Positions 1 through 8,915 of a DNA stretch of 32,000 nucleotides are shown here, piece by piece. This DNA comes from Vibrio vulnificus CMCP6 (GTDB lineage Bacteria; Pseudomonadota; Gammaproteobacteria; Enterobacterales; Vibrionaceae). A program made the translations under genes and the position numbers. The notes beneath the pieces were generated by a model. The model did no database searches and was not told the DNA's origin. It saw nothing but the letters and a program-made list of their open reading frames with translations. Where the stretch lies: positions 2,691,127 through 2,723,126 of the forward strand of contig NC_004459.3 of assembly GCF_000039765.1 (NCBI RefSeq), given 5' to 3'. Every line of letters starts with the position of its first letter. The stretch's first letter is position 1.

Positions 1-2
1 AT

Positions 3-2378
3 ATTTATCCCGAAGCGACTCAGCTCCTCAACAAAAACACCCGTTTTTGGTTGGTAAAACCAACGGCCAGTCTCTCCGGTATTTCTGGTCTTGATGCTTT
101 GGTTTCTGGTAACTACATCGCTATTCAACCCGGCAATGACGACGATGAAGCCGAAACCGTGTTTTATGCTCTTGATAGCGCGCCCACCGATATTCTTGCC
201 GAAAAAGGGCTGACGATCACCTTACGTGCCCGCGATTTGGGTGGCGTCTCGATTGGTTCTAAAATTGTTTACAAGAAGATCCCTATCGGCGAAGTGTACA
301 GTTACCGCTTAGCGGAAAACGGTAAATCGGTGACCATTCTTGCTCGAATTGACGATGAATATCGCCACATCATTAACCAGCAGAGCCGATTTTGGAACGT
401 CAGTGGCATTGGGGCCAGCATTGGCTTTGAAGGTGTGGATGTACGTTTGGAAAGCATGAGCGCCTTATTTGGCGGCGCCATCGCGGTCGATTCGCCAGAT
501 GATGGTGAACCCGTGGAGAAAAATGCTCAGTTTCGTTTGTATCGCGACCTCAAAACCGCTGGCCGTGGGATTTCGGTACAAATCACCCTCCCCGATGGTC
601 ATAACATTAGCTCTAACGGCGCACCGATTATGTACCGAGGCATTGAAGTAGGTGAAATTACCAATCTTTCGCTTTCAGAAGGGCGTGAGGTGATTATTGC
701 CAATGCCGCTATTCAACCCGCCTTTAGCGACATGCTGACAACAGGCAGTGATTTTGTATTAGAAGAAGCCAAAGTGTCGCTTTCTGGTGTCGAAAACATC
801 AGCAATTTGGTTCGCGGTAACTTCCTTACCATCATTCCCGGTGACGGGGAAAAATCTCGCCGCTTTACTGCGATTAAAAAAGAGGAATATTCACAACAAC
901 AAGCTAAGTCCTTGTCTGTACGTCTCTTGTCCGACAGCTCGTACGGTCTCGATGCGGGTGCGAACATCCTTTACAAAGGGATTGTTGTTGGTTCGGTGAT
1001 CAAAGTCGGCCTGTTGGACGAAAAAACAGCCCGTCAACCTGCCAATGAAGTGTATCTTGATGTCCTCATCGACAAACAATACGCCTATTTAATTCGCGCC
1101 AACAACCGCTTTTTCGTAACGGGCAGTGCAACCGCTGAGCTGACTGAATCTGGCCTGAGTGTCACTGTACCGCCCGCTAAACAGCTACTCACAGGCTCGA
1201 TTAGCTTCGTCAGTGAAGGAAAAAACAACGCAAATCCAACCTATCAGCTGTTCCAAAGTCGCTCACTTGCCGAGTTGGCAAAGTTCAATCAAACAGGCTC
1301 GCAAACATTGACCCTGTTTGCTGCAGAATTACCGCCGATTTCAAAAGGAAGCCCCCTTCTCTACCGTAACCTACCCGTCGGTAGCGTCTCGGACTTCTCC
1401 TTAGCCAACGGTGGCGTCGAAGTCACTATCAGCATCGAGAATCGTTATAAGCATCTCATCAATGATCAAACGGTGTTTTGGAACCGCTCGGGCGTCGAAG
1501 TGGACGCCAGCTTGGCTGGTGTGGCGATCAAAGCCGCTCCGCTTAAAACACTACTACAAGGTGGGATTGCTTTTGACACGGTTGCTGGCATTGAGAACAA
1601 AACTGGGCAGCATTGGAAACTCTATCCGGACCAAAACCAAGCGCGTAAATTTGGTCGAATCATTACACTCAGAACCGATGGAGGCCAATCCCTCAGCAAA
1701 GGAATGGCGATCCAGTATCAAGGGGTCAAGGTAGGAGAAATCACGCTGGTGGCGCCTGATTTCAACAAAGGCATCGTAGAGGCATCAGCAAGAATTCTGC
1801 CAGAATACGTCGCCAATGTTGCTTTGCAAGGTTCGCATTTTTGGTTAGCGGAACCCAAAATTGGCCTAAATGGGGTAAAAAACATCGACGCCCTAATCAG
1901 CAAATACATCCAGGTAGAGCCAGGCAAAGGGAAAGCGGCATTCAGTTTTGAATTAGCCAATAAGCCACCTCATCCAACAGGAACTGTGTTTACACTACAA
2001 AGTGAGCATCGTGGCTCAGTCAGTGTTGGAACGCCGATTCTTTATCGCGATATGGAAGTGGGCAGCGTGACCGATGTCCAGCTTGGTAAGTTTGCTGATC
2101 GTGTTGTCTTTAGTATCGAGATTCAAAACGAATACGCTTATTTGGTCAGACAAAACAGCCTGTTTTGGAATGTGTCTGGCGTAGACGTTTCAATAGGCCT
2201 ATCCGGTGCCAACATTAAAGCTGGCTCATTTGATAGCTTGGTTCGAGGTGGCATTGCCTTCGCAACTCCACCGCAAAAACAATTAGAGCCTATCGCGCAG
2301 CAAGGCCAAGCATTTTTCCTCTACGACAAAGCCGAGGAAGATTGGAAAAAGTGGCGAACGGCCATTCCTAAACCTTAG
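3..2378 (+). CDS. letB: LetB/YebT (PqiB-like) multi-MCE-domain intermembrane transport protein, 5' end truncated by the window edge
   Basis: Frame is open from base 3 without a stop, ending in TAG at 2376-2378. Repeated MCE signatures: 'IGSKIVYKKIPIGEV', 'SNGAPIMYRGIEVGEI', 'DAGANILYKGIVVGSV', 'SKGSPLLYRNLPVGSV', 'SKGMAIQYQGVKVGEI', 'SVGTPILYRDMEVGSV'. Followed by rsmF (yebU), as in the yebST-yebU arrangement. Confidence 0.92.
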   Translation: MYPEATQLLNKNTRFWLVKPTASLSGISGLDALVSGNYIAIQPGNDDDEAETVFYALDSAPTDILAEKGLTITLRARDLGGVSIGSKIVYKKIPIGEVYSYRLAENGKSVTILARIDDEYRHIINQQSRFWNVSGIGASIGFEGVDVRLESMSALFGGAIAVDSPDDGEPVEKNAQFRLYRDLKTAGRGISVQITLPDGHNISSNGAPIMYRGIEVGEITNLSLSEGREVIIANAAIQPAFSDMLTTGSDFVLEEAKVSLSGVENISNLVRGNFLTIIPGDGEKSRRFTAIKKEEYSQQQAKSLSVRLLSDSSYGLDAGANILYKGIVVGSVIKVGLLDEKTARQPANEVYLDVLIDKQYAYLIRANNRFFVTGSATAELTESGLSVTVPPAKQLLTGSISFVSEGKNNANPTYQLFQSRSLAELAKFNQTGSQTLTLFAAELPPISKGSPLLYRNLPVGSVSDFSLANGGVEVTISIENRYKHLINDQTVFWNRSGVEVDASLAGVAIKAAPLKTLLQGGIAFDTVAGIENKTGQHWKLYPDQNQARKFGRIITLRTDGGQSLSKGMAIQYQGVKVGEITLVAPDFNKGIVEASARILPEYVANVALQGSHFWLAEPKIGLNGVKNIDALISKYIQVEPGKGKAAFSFELANKPPHPTGTVFTLQSEHRGSVSVGTPILYRDMEVGSVTDVQLGKFADRVVFSIEIQNEYAYLVRQNSLFWNVSGVDVSIGLSGANIKAGSFDSLVRGGIAFATPPQKQLEPIAQQGQAFFLYDKAEEDWKKWRTAIPKP

Positions 2379-2387
2379 TGTGACTCT

Positions 2388-2413
2388 AAATGCAGCTTTC
2401 GGGCTGCATTTTT
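2388..2413 (+). terminator. Rho-independent terminator after letB
   Basis: AAATGCAGC-TTTCGG-GCTGCATTT stem-loop followed by TTATTTTT, 10 nt after the letB stop. Confidence 0.8.
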
Positions 2414-2476
2414 ATTTTTGTCTGCTCGCCAATTCGTTTATCATTCCCCTCCCATATTGGCACCTGGAACCCTACT

Positions 2477-3895
2477 GTGCATTCAAACGTCTATCTGCCA
2501 GAAACCTTTCTGGAAAAAATCAAAACCATCCTACCTAGCGCCTTGAACATGGACGACTTTATCGCCTATTGTCAGCAGCCACTGCGTAAAAGTATCCGCG
2601 TCAACACGCTCAAGATCTCCGTTGATGCCTTTCTGACCATCGCGCAAGAGAAAGGTTGGACGCTTCACCCTGTTCCTTGGTGTGAAACCGGTTTTTGGAT
2701 TGAGGCAGATGAAAGCAAAGTGCCGCTTGGCAACACGGCTGAGCATATGTGCGGTTTGTTCTATATTCAAGAAGCCAGCTCAATGATGCCAGTTAGCGCG
2801 CTCTTTCTGGGTGAAAACCAATTTGAATCGGTGCTGGATACCGCCGCGGCACCTGGCTCTAAAACCACACAAATCGCAGCATTAATGAACAACCAAGGCA
2901 TTTTGGTCGCGAACGAGTATGCTGCAAGCCGAGTGAAAGTGCTTCACGCCAACATTGAACGTTGTGGTGTTCGAAATGCAGCATTGAGTAACTTTGATGG
3001 CCGCGTGTTTGGTGGTTGGCTACCGGAATCGTTTGACGCCGTGTTGCTTGACGCCCCTTGTTCAGGTGAAGGCACCGTGCGTAAAGACGAAGATGCCATG
3101 AAAAACTGGTCCCAAGAATCGGTACTGGAAATTGCCGCGACACAAAAAGATTTGATCGAAAGTGCGTTTCAAGCGCTCAAACCGGGCGGTGTCATGGTTT
3201 ACTCAACCTGCACATTGAGCGAAGAAGAAAACCAGCAAGTTTGTCACCATCTAAAACACACTTTTGGCGATGCAGTGGCGTTTGAAAGTTTGAGCTCGCT
3301 CTTTGATGGCGCAGAGAAAGCGCTAACAGAAGATGGGTTTCTGCATATTTTCCCGCAAGTGTACGACAGTGAAGGTTTCTTCGTCGCGCGTATTCGCAAA
3401 CTGGCGTCGGTCAACAGTCCAGACGTCAACAAGAAAATGGGTAAGTTTCCATTTCAAAAAGCGAGTAAAAAAGAGAGCGCTTTGATTGAAAAATCCCTCT
3501 CTGATTCACTCGATATCAGTTTACCAGCGGACAGCACCATTTGGTTACGAGACAACGATGTTTGGCTCTTCCCTAATGCTTTAGAACCCATGCTGGGTGA
3601 ACTGCGTTTCTCTCGCATGGGGATCAAGCTGGCTGAAAAGCACAAGAATGGCTATCGTTGGCAGCATCAGATTGCGACAACACTAGCCAGTGGCGATGAG
3701 AAAACCGTTGTGGACATTGACACCGATGCCGCACGCGAATGGTTTATGGGCCGCGATATCTACCCAGAAAACAGTGGCAAAGGCGAAGTTTTCGTTCGCT
3801 ACCAAGGCGCAATTATTGGTTTGGGTAAGTGGGTAAGTAACAAAATTAAGAATGGATTACCGCGAGAATTAGTCAGAGATAAGAATTTGTTCTAA
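2477..3895 (+). CDS. rsmF: 16S rRNA (cytosine-C5) methyltransferase RsmF (YebU), probable GTG start
   Basis: The ORF called from 2390 contains non-conserved N-terminal residues; GTG at 2477 begins '(V)HSNVYLPETFLEKIKTILPSALNMDDFIAYCQQPLRKSIRVNTLKIS'. SAM-binding and catalytic motifs 'DTAAAPGSKTTQIA', 'DAPCSGEGTVRKD', 'YSTCTLSEEENQQV'. Confidence 0.93.
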   Translation: MHSNVYLPETFLEKIKTILPSALNMDDFIAYCQQPLRKSIRVNTLKISVDAFLTIAQEKGWTLHPVPWCETGFWIEADESKVPLGNTAEHMCGLFYIQEASSMMPVSALFLGENQFESVLDTAAAPGSKTTQIAALMNNQGILVANEYAASRVKVLHANIERCGVRNAALSNFDGRVFGGWLPESFDAVLLDAPCSGEGTVRKDEDAMKNWSQESVLEIAATQKDLIESAFQALKPGGVMVYSTCTLSEEENQQVCHHLKHTFGDAVAFESLSSLFDGAEKALTEDGFLHIFPQVYDSEGFFVARIRKLASVNSPDVNKKMGKFPFQKASKKESALIEKSLSDSLDISLPADSTIWLRDNDVWLFPNALEPMLGELRFSRMGIKLAEKHKNGYRWQHQIATTLASGDEKTVVDIDTDAAREWFMGRDIYPENSGKGEVFVRYQGAIIGLGKWVSNKIKNGLPRELVRDKNLF

Positions 3896-3904
3896 ATCTA
3901 AGAC

Positions 3905-4111
3905 TGCTTCCAGAATCAGCGCTGCGTGAGTCTGAGAACCAAGCAGCGCAGTAAGCCTGTACTACACTTAGGATCAGTTGGATGTGAAACCCAAGTAAGA
4001 ATCTCCCCTCCAGTAACATTCTTACCATTCACATAGCAACACCGTTTAGCGCAGGCTCTTAAGAGCCATTTCCCCTAGGCCCACCGACGGAACCGATGGG
4101 CCTCTTTTTTT
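3905..4111 (+). ncRNA. Candidate structured 3' UTR or small RNA between rsmF and its distal terminator
   Basis: ORF-poor 180-nt stretch with three potential stems: GCGCTGC (3919-3925)/GCAGCGC (3943-3949), the perfect palindrome GGCTCTTAAGAGCC (4054-4067), and the terminal hairpin at 4077-4103 with a U-tract. No family recognised and no promoter demonstrated. Confidence 0.3.
4077..4111 (+). terminator. Strong rho-independent terminator about 180 nt beyond the rsmF stop
   Basis: AGGCCCA (4077-4083) pairs with TGGGCCT (4097-4103), followed by CTTTTTTT. Confidence 0.8.
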
Positions 4112-4131
4112 CTGGCAAGAATGACCAGTGA

Positions 4132-4968
4132 TTACTTCACCGCGCGAATACCATCTTTCTCAATGACGATCTTGCCTGCTTTAAACAATCCGCCGATGGT
4201 TTTCTTGTATGTCCCTTTGCTAGTGCGAAAAGCCGTAAAAATTGCCTCTGGAGTCGACTTATCGTTGAGTGGCAAAAAGCCCCCTTTCTTTTCAAGTAGC
4301 TCGAGGACTTTTTCAGAAAGATCGTCCATTTTGGCAACGCCCACTTTTTGCAATGCAAGGTCAATTTTGCCATCTTCACGAACGTTTTTGATGTATCCCT
4401 TCAGTTTCTTGCCAATAAACAGCTTGCCAAAAACATCCGATGGAAAAATCATGCCCCAGTGTGAACCGTTCACAATCGCTTTGAAGCCCAACTGACTGCG
4501 CTCAGCAATGATCAGATCCACTTGCTCGTTGCGGATGTAATTCGCTGGCGTTTTATCAAGCAGCTTATTGAATTTGGTGGTGCCGACAATTCGGCCAGAG
4601 GCTTTATCGGTGTATACATACACGAGAATCGATTGACCAGCGGTAAAACGACTGCGTTGCTCACTGTATGGCACTAGCAGATCTTTCTCTTTGATGCCCC
4701 AGTTAACAAAAGCACCCGTGCTGTTGACCCCCTCAACCTTCATCAAGCCCCATTCGCCCACTTGTGCGATTGGCGTTTCAGTTGTAGCAGCCAATTGATT
4801 GTCGGAGTCAAAGTAAATAAAGACATCGATTTGAGCGCCGACGTCACAACCTTCTGGCACATGTTTGTTTGCCAGTAAAATGCTGCCGTAGTCTTTTCCA
4901 TCTAGGAATACACCAAAATCTGTGCGTTTAGTTACTTCTAAGTTGTTAATTTGACCAACTTTAATCAT
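4132..4968 (-). CDS. S1-domain RNA-binding protein, CvfB/YitL family
   Basis: 278 aa; S1-like N-terminus 'GQINNLEVTKRTDFGVFLDGKDYGSILLANKHVP', tandem S1-like segments and C-terminal winged-helix-like 'TPEAIFTAFRTSKGTYKKTIGGLFKAGKIVI'. Confidence 0.85.
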   Translation of the reverse strand: MIKVGQINNLEVTKRTDFGVFLDGKDYGSILLANKHVPEGCDVGAQIDVFIYFDSDNQLAATTETPIAQVGEWGLMKVEGVNSTGAFVNWGIKEKDLLVPYSEQRSRFTAGQSILVYVYTDKASGRIVGTTKFNKLLDKTPANYIRNEQVDLIIAERSQLGFKAIVNGSHWGMIFPSDVFGKLFIGKKLKGYIKNVREDGKIDLALQKVGVAKMDDLSEKVLELLEKKGGFLPLNDKSTPEAIFTAFRTSKGTYKKTIGGLFKAGKIVIEKDGIRAVK

Positions 4969-4981
4969 TGAATATATCTCA

Positions 4982-5015
4982 CTGCAAATTTGCAGAGATT
5001 ATACGTGATCTCTGC
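4982..5015. repeat. Overlapping inverted repeats in the divergent cvfB-like / 5065-gene intergenic region
   Basis: Perfect palindrome CTGCAAATTTGCAG (4982-4995) overlapping GCAGAGAT (4992-4999)-N8-ATCTCTGC (5008-5015). Confidence 0.6.
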
Positions 5016-5064
5016 TATTCTTGCGCAAGTCTCAATACAATTATTTATCAAATAGGGTATTTCG

Positions 5065-6423
5065 TTGATTTCAGTCGATAAACAAGACTCCATCACCCTC
5101 AAGATCAGCCATATTATGGGGGCAAGTAAAAAACTCGATCTCGACTTCTACCTATTCGTACCTGGAGAGCTTGGGCTAACGCCTGAAGTGCTCTCTGAAT
5201 CTGAGTTTTACTATACCTCTGTGGTGCAAAAGCGTTCTTATTACAGTGACAAAACGCTACTTCCGCTGGTACACAGCCGATTAGCGCAGCGGGGGCGTTT
5301 ATCCAACACTCAGTATCGTGTTAGCTTGAGTTTGTTTGCTTATCAATACGTTATTGCACTCGATAAAGCCGTGGCTAAACTGAATGAGCAATCCAGTGAC
5401 GGCGTCACCGAAGATCAAGTCGATGAGGTGATTGAGATTTCTCTCGATATCCTCAAACGGCTACGCCGCTCTATCCCGTATGAAGAGATTCTTAAGCGTT
5501 ATTACGTCAACATCGACAACTATCTTTCTTGGTACACAGAACAAAAATTTCTTGCCTTAGTTGCCCACTTACCACGTGAAGGAGATTACAGCACCATCAA
5601 GGATCGCTTAATCACTCTCTGCGAAAAAGAGCAAGCACATCGAAAACTCAATAAGTACAACTCATCCAACGCAGCAGACGATGCAACGCGCATGACCAAC
5701 AAAATGCGTTTACTGCGCCGCTTGATTGAGCACCCGATTGTGTTGAATGAAAAAACCACCTCACTAGGCAAGAACATCAAACGCATGATCAAAGGCTTGG
5801 CAACGGGTCTTGTGATGGTGTTTGTCACAACCACGGTCATTTCTGCGCGAGATTATCTTGGCGAAATTTCTGCGTCATTCATCGTCGCCATGTCGATCAT
5901 TTATGCTTTACGTGAAATCTTTAAAGATGACTTACGTGACATGATGTGGCGTTGGATCCGCAAAGGTAAGCCGAAGTGGCGTCGTAAATACACCGACCCC
6001 ACAACAGGGAAAGAGGTCGGCCACAAGTTGGAATGGTTAGATTACACCGTCATCAATAAACTGCCGGATCGCATTCAAGCCATTCGCAAACGACGTGTGG
6101 TTCAGCGTGAAGAGCAAATTCTTCACTACCACGCCAAAACGGAAATGTCGACGTCTCGCTTTTTGAGTGGCTATGAGCAAACACGCGAAACGTTCAACAT
6201 CAGTTTAAGACCATTTACACGTTTGATGGACAAAGGCAGCAACCGTATCTATCGGCTACAAGATGGGCAAGTCAGTCGCGAATCAGTGGAAAAACGCCAT
6301 CTCTTTAATCTGATTGTGAAAGAAAACACCCACCAAGGTGAGCCCGTTTACTACCGCTGGAAAATTGTCATGAATCGCTCGAAAATTGTTGCCATCGAGA
6401 AAATCGAACAACCTGAAACCTAG
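5065..6423 (+). CDS. Conserved hypothetical protein with two central transmembrane helices, probable TTG start
   Basis: 452 aa open frame, TTG at 5065 preceded by AATAGGG. Hydrophobic 'LATGLVMVFVTTTVISA' and 'ISASFIVAMSIIYALREIF'. No family name recognised. Confidence 0.8.
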   Translation: MISVDKQDSITLKISHIMGASKKLDLDFYLFVPGELGLTPEVLSESEFYYTSVVQKRSYYSDKTLLPLVHSRLAQRGRLSNTQYRVSLSLFAYQYVIALDKAVAKLNEQSSDGVTEDQVDEVIEISLDILKRLRRSIPYEEILKRYYVNIDNYLSWYTEQKFLALVAHLPREGDYSTIKDRLITLCEKEQAHRKLNKYNSSNAADDATRMTNKMRLLRRLIEHPIVLNEKTTSLGKNIKRMIKGLATGLVMVFVTTTVISARDYLGEISASFIVAMSIIYALREIFKDDLRDMMWRWIRKGKPKWRRKYTDPTTGKEVGHKLEWLDYTVINKLPDRIQAIRKRRVVQREEQILHYHAKTEMSTSRFLSGYEQTRETFNISLRPFTRLMDKGSNRIYRLQDGQVSRESVEKRHLFNLIVKENTHQGEPVYYRWKIVMNRSKIVAIEKIEQPET

Positions 6424-6424
6424 C

Positions 6425-6449
6425 GTTACGCCCTAGGCGTCACTTTTTT
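6425..6449. terminator. Hairpin between convergent genes
   Basis: GTTACGCC-CTA-GGCGTCAC (one mismatch) followed by TTTTTT on +; overlaps the stop of the minus-strand gene. Confidence 0.5.
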
Positions 6450-6911
6450 AATCGATAGGGTTAAATCAAATTCGGCCATCGGCTCATCCCCATGCAAGGT
6501 GGGACAAAGCGCGGTAATTCGAACATCTTGATTAACCCTTTCACCTGTTTGCATGGTTTGAGCCAGCATTTGGTCGATCAAAGGGCCATCATGGCAAACA
6601 AAATGCACATCCGCCTCTGGCCTTTTTAGAAATTCCGCCTTTACGCCCTTAAACGCCAAGGAAATTTTCTCTCCTTGATTTTTGGCTTTGCTCATCGCCA
6701 AAAAACCACCTGCCACATCCGCACCAACGGCTAATGCACCGAAGTACATGCTATTCAGGTGATTCTTTGTTCGTTTTCTAAGGGGGATTTTCACTTCCAC
6801 CATTTTTTCATCAATGGCAATGATTTTGGGGCGACACAACCAGATCAGTGGGACTTTAGAAAACCCAAACATATTGAGATAAAGATTGGCTTTTTGTAGT
6901 GACGTAAGCAT
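6426..6911 (-). CDS. DUF4442 / hotdog-fold thioesterase-like protein
   Basis: 161 aa 'MLTSLQKANLYLNMFGFSKVPLIWLCRPKI...NHLNSMYFGALAVGADVAGGF...'. Family assignment from pattern recognition only. Confidence 0.65.
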   Translation of the reverse strand: MLTSLQKANLYLNMFGFSKVPLIWLCRPKIIAIDEKMVEVKIPLRKRTKNHLNSMYFGALAVGADVAGGFLAMSKAKNQGEKISLAFKGVKAEFLKRPEADVHFVCHDGPLIDQMLAQTMQTGERVNQDVRITALCPTLHGDEPMAEFDLTLSIKKVTPRA

Positions 6912-7251
6912 AGTGGCGTTTCCTCATAACTAGTCTGACCAGTTTCCTGCGCACAGCGCCAGTTGTCAAAGAATTGTTAACAAAAATCATCAAGTCGCTG
7001 AGTCCATCACGAATTTATCCCCGCGATTCATCATCAATTCAGTGGAAAATGTTCATTAACTCCCTTTTCATTAAGGCTTTTATTTATTAACAGTTACTCA
7101 TACTGTTTCACTTACGCTTATATTCATTTTAATTCACGCCAGCTTTACAGTTTGACACGTAAATAGATGGCTAAGAATCCCGTTAAATGGTTTATTCCTG
7201 TGGCTAATTCCGTTATCTTTACCGCTTCGTAATAAAATACAAAGCTATCAC

Positions 7252-8304
7252 ATGCCACTAAAAACAGATGAATTGAGAACCCAACCTTTGGGTCCAATGC
7301 CAACTCCCGCTGAGTTGAGCCAAGCCCATCCGATTACCGACGATGTGGCCGAGCGAATTGCGAAATCTCGCAGACAAATTGAAGATATTTTAACGGGTAA
7401 GGACAACCGCCTTTTGGTGATTGTCGGTCCTTGCTCTGTGCACGATACTGAAGCCGCGATTGATTACGCGACGCGTTTAAGCTCGATTCAAGAGCTGTAT
7501 CGCGATGAGCTGTTCATCGTTATGCGCACCTACTTTGAAAAACCACGCACTGTGGTGGGCTGGAAAGGCCTCATTACCGACCCAAATCTGGATGGCTCTT
7601 ACGCACTAGAAGCAGGCCTGCATAAAGCACGTAAGCTATTGCTCGACATCAACAAACTTGGCCTTGCTACCGCAACTGAGTTTCTTGACATGATCACTGG
7701 TCAATATATTGCTGATTTGATCACTTGGGGCGCGATTGGTGCTCGAACCACTGAATCGCAAATTCACCGTGAAATGGCATCTGCACTCTCCTGCCCGGTT
7801 GGCTTTAAAAACGGCACCAACGGCAACGTGAAAATTGCGATTGACGCAATTCGAGCATCAAAAGCTTCGCATTACTTCTACTCTCCAGATAAAAATGGCC
7901 GCATGACCGTTTACCGCACCAGTGGTAACCCATATGGACACATTATTCTGCGTGGTGGTGATACCGGCCCTAACTTTGATGCAAAATCGGTTGAGTCTGC
8001 CTGTCAATCACTGGCTGAGTTCGATTTGCCACAGCGTTTGATCGTTGATTTCAGTCACGCGAACTGTGAAAAGCAACATCGTAAACAGCTCGATGTCGCG
8101 CAAGACATTTGTAACCAGCTAAAAGCAGGCAGCACTTATATCGCAGGCATCATGGCAGAAAGCTTTATTACCGAAGGCAATCAGCCGATGACTGACCTTG
8201 ATAACTTGACCTACGGCCAATCGATCACTGACCCTTGCCTAAGCTGGGAACACACAGCGCAAATGCTGGACATGCTTGCGACTGCTGTAAAAGAAAGCCG
8301 TTAA
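7252..8304 (+). CDS. aroG: 3-deoxy-7-phosphoheptulonate (DAHP) synthase, class I AroF/G/H type
   Basis: 350 aa with 'RLLVIVGPCSVHDTEAAIDYA', 'MRTYFEKPRTVVGWKGLITDPNLDGSY', 'GARTTESQIHREMASALSCPVGFKNGTNG', 'RGGDTGPNFD', 'DFSHANCEKQHRKQ'. Family is certain; the isozyme (F/G/H) is not. Confidence 0.93.
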   Translation: MPLKTDELRTQPLGPMPTPAELSQAHPITDDVAERIAKSRRQIEDILTGKDNRLLVIVGPCSVHDTEAAIDYATRLSSIQELYRDELFIVMRTYFEKPRTVVGWKGLITDPNLDGSYALEAGLHKARKLLLDINKLGLATATEFLDMITGQYIADLITWGAIGARTTESQIHREMASALSCPVGFKNGTNGNVKIAIDAIRASKASHYFYSPDKNGRMTVYRTSGNPYGHIILRGGDTGPNFDAKSVESACQSLAEFDLPQRLIVDFSHANCEKQHRKQLDVAQDICNQLKAGSTYIAGIMAESFITEGNQPMTDLDNLTYGQSITDPCLSWEHTAQMLDMLATAVKESR

Positions 8305-8329
8305 GATAATAACTATAGGAACTTAAACC

Positions 8330-8812
8330 ATGCCGTCATTTGACATTGTTTCTGAAATCGATACCGTTGAACTACGCAACGCTGTAGACAACTCAAACCG
8401 TGAGCTTTCGACTCGTTTTGATTTTCGTAACGTGCAAGCTAGCTTTGAGCTAGTAGAGCAAACGGTAAAAGTCTCTGCTGAAGGTGACTTCCAGTTAAAG
8501 CAAATGCGCGATATTTTACGTGGTCACCTTGCTAAGCGTGGCGTTGACGCAAACTCTATGGATGCGAAAACGGCTGAGCAGACAGGCAAAAATTGGCATC
8601 AAGACATTGTTTTCCTGCAAGGCATTGAAACGCCAATGGCGAAAAAAATCGTTAAGCTGATTAAAGATGCCAAACTGAAAGTACAAGCTTCTATCCAAGG
8701 CGACAAAGTTCGCGTAACGGGTAAAAAACGCGACGATTTGCAAGAGACTATTGCAGCAATTCGTGCCGCAGAACTTGGCCAACCGTTCCAGTTCAATAAC
8801 TTCCGTGATTAA
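8330..8812 (+). CDS. yajQ: YajQ family nucleotide (c-di-GMP)-binding protein
   Basis: '[41 protein letters not shown]' and C-terminal '[26 protein letters not shown]' are characteristic. Confidence 0.95.
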   Translation: MPSFDIVSEIDTVELRNAVDNSNRELSTRFDFRNVQASFELVEQTVKVSAEGDFQLKQMRDILRGHLAKRGVDANSMDAKTAEQTGKNWHQDIVFLQGIETPMAKKIVKLIKDAKLKVQASIQGDKVRVTGKKRDDLQETIAAIRAAELGQPFQFNNFRD

Positions 8813-8838
8813 TCGCGATATCGCGATCATATCCAACG

Positions 8839-8864
8839 AAAAAAGCCTCTGATGAGGCTTTTTG
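8839..8864. terminator. Bidirectional rho-independent terminator between convergent yajQ and the GGDEF gene
   Basis: AAAAAGCCTC-TGAT-GAGGCTTTTT symmetric stem with A and T runs on the two sides. Confidence 0.85.
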
Positions 8865-8915
8865 TTTATCTGCGACATAATAAACACTGCGCAGAAAGGA
8901 AAAAAGAAAATGGAC

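Noticed and set aside
1411-1734. 107-aa ORF in an alternative frame inside letB
   Set aside because: Shadow ORF inside a clearly conserved MCE-repeat coding frame, with no RBS or recognisable domain.
2390-2476. Upstream extension of RsmF
   Set aside because: Begins inside the letB terminator hairpin; GTG 2477 matches the RsmF family N-terminus.
4157-4171. TTCTCA-ATG-ACGATC as an extra SypG-type site
   Set aside because: Only one half-site, inside coding sequence, and I noticed no nearby sigma-54 promoter.
4121-4495. 124-aa plus-strand ORF antisense to the cvfB-like gene
   Set aside because: Low-complexity serine/phenylalanine-rich translation of the antisense strand of a conserved gene.
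8812-8827. ATCGCGATATCGCGAT palindrome just after yajQ
   Set aside because: Perfect 16-bp palindrome, but short, simple and adjacent to a standard terminator; no evidence of a repeat family in the window.
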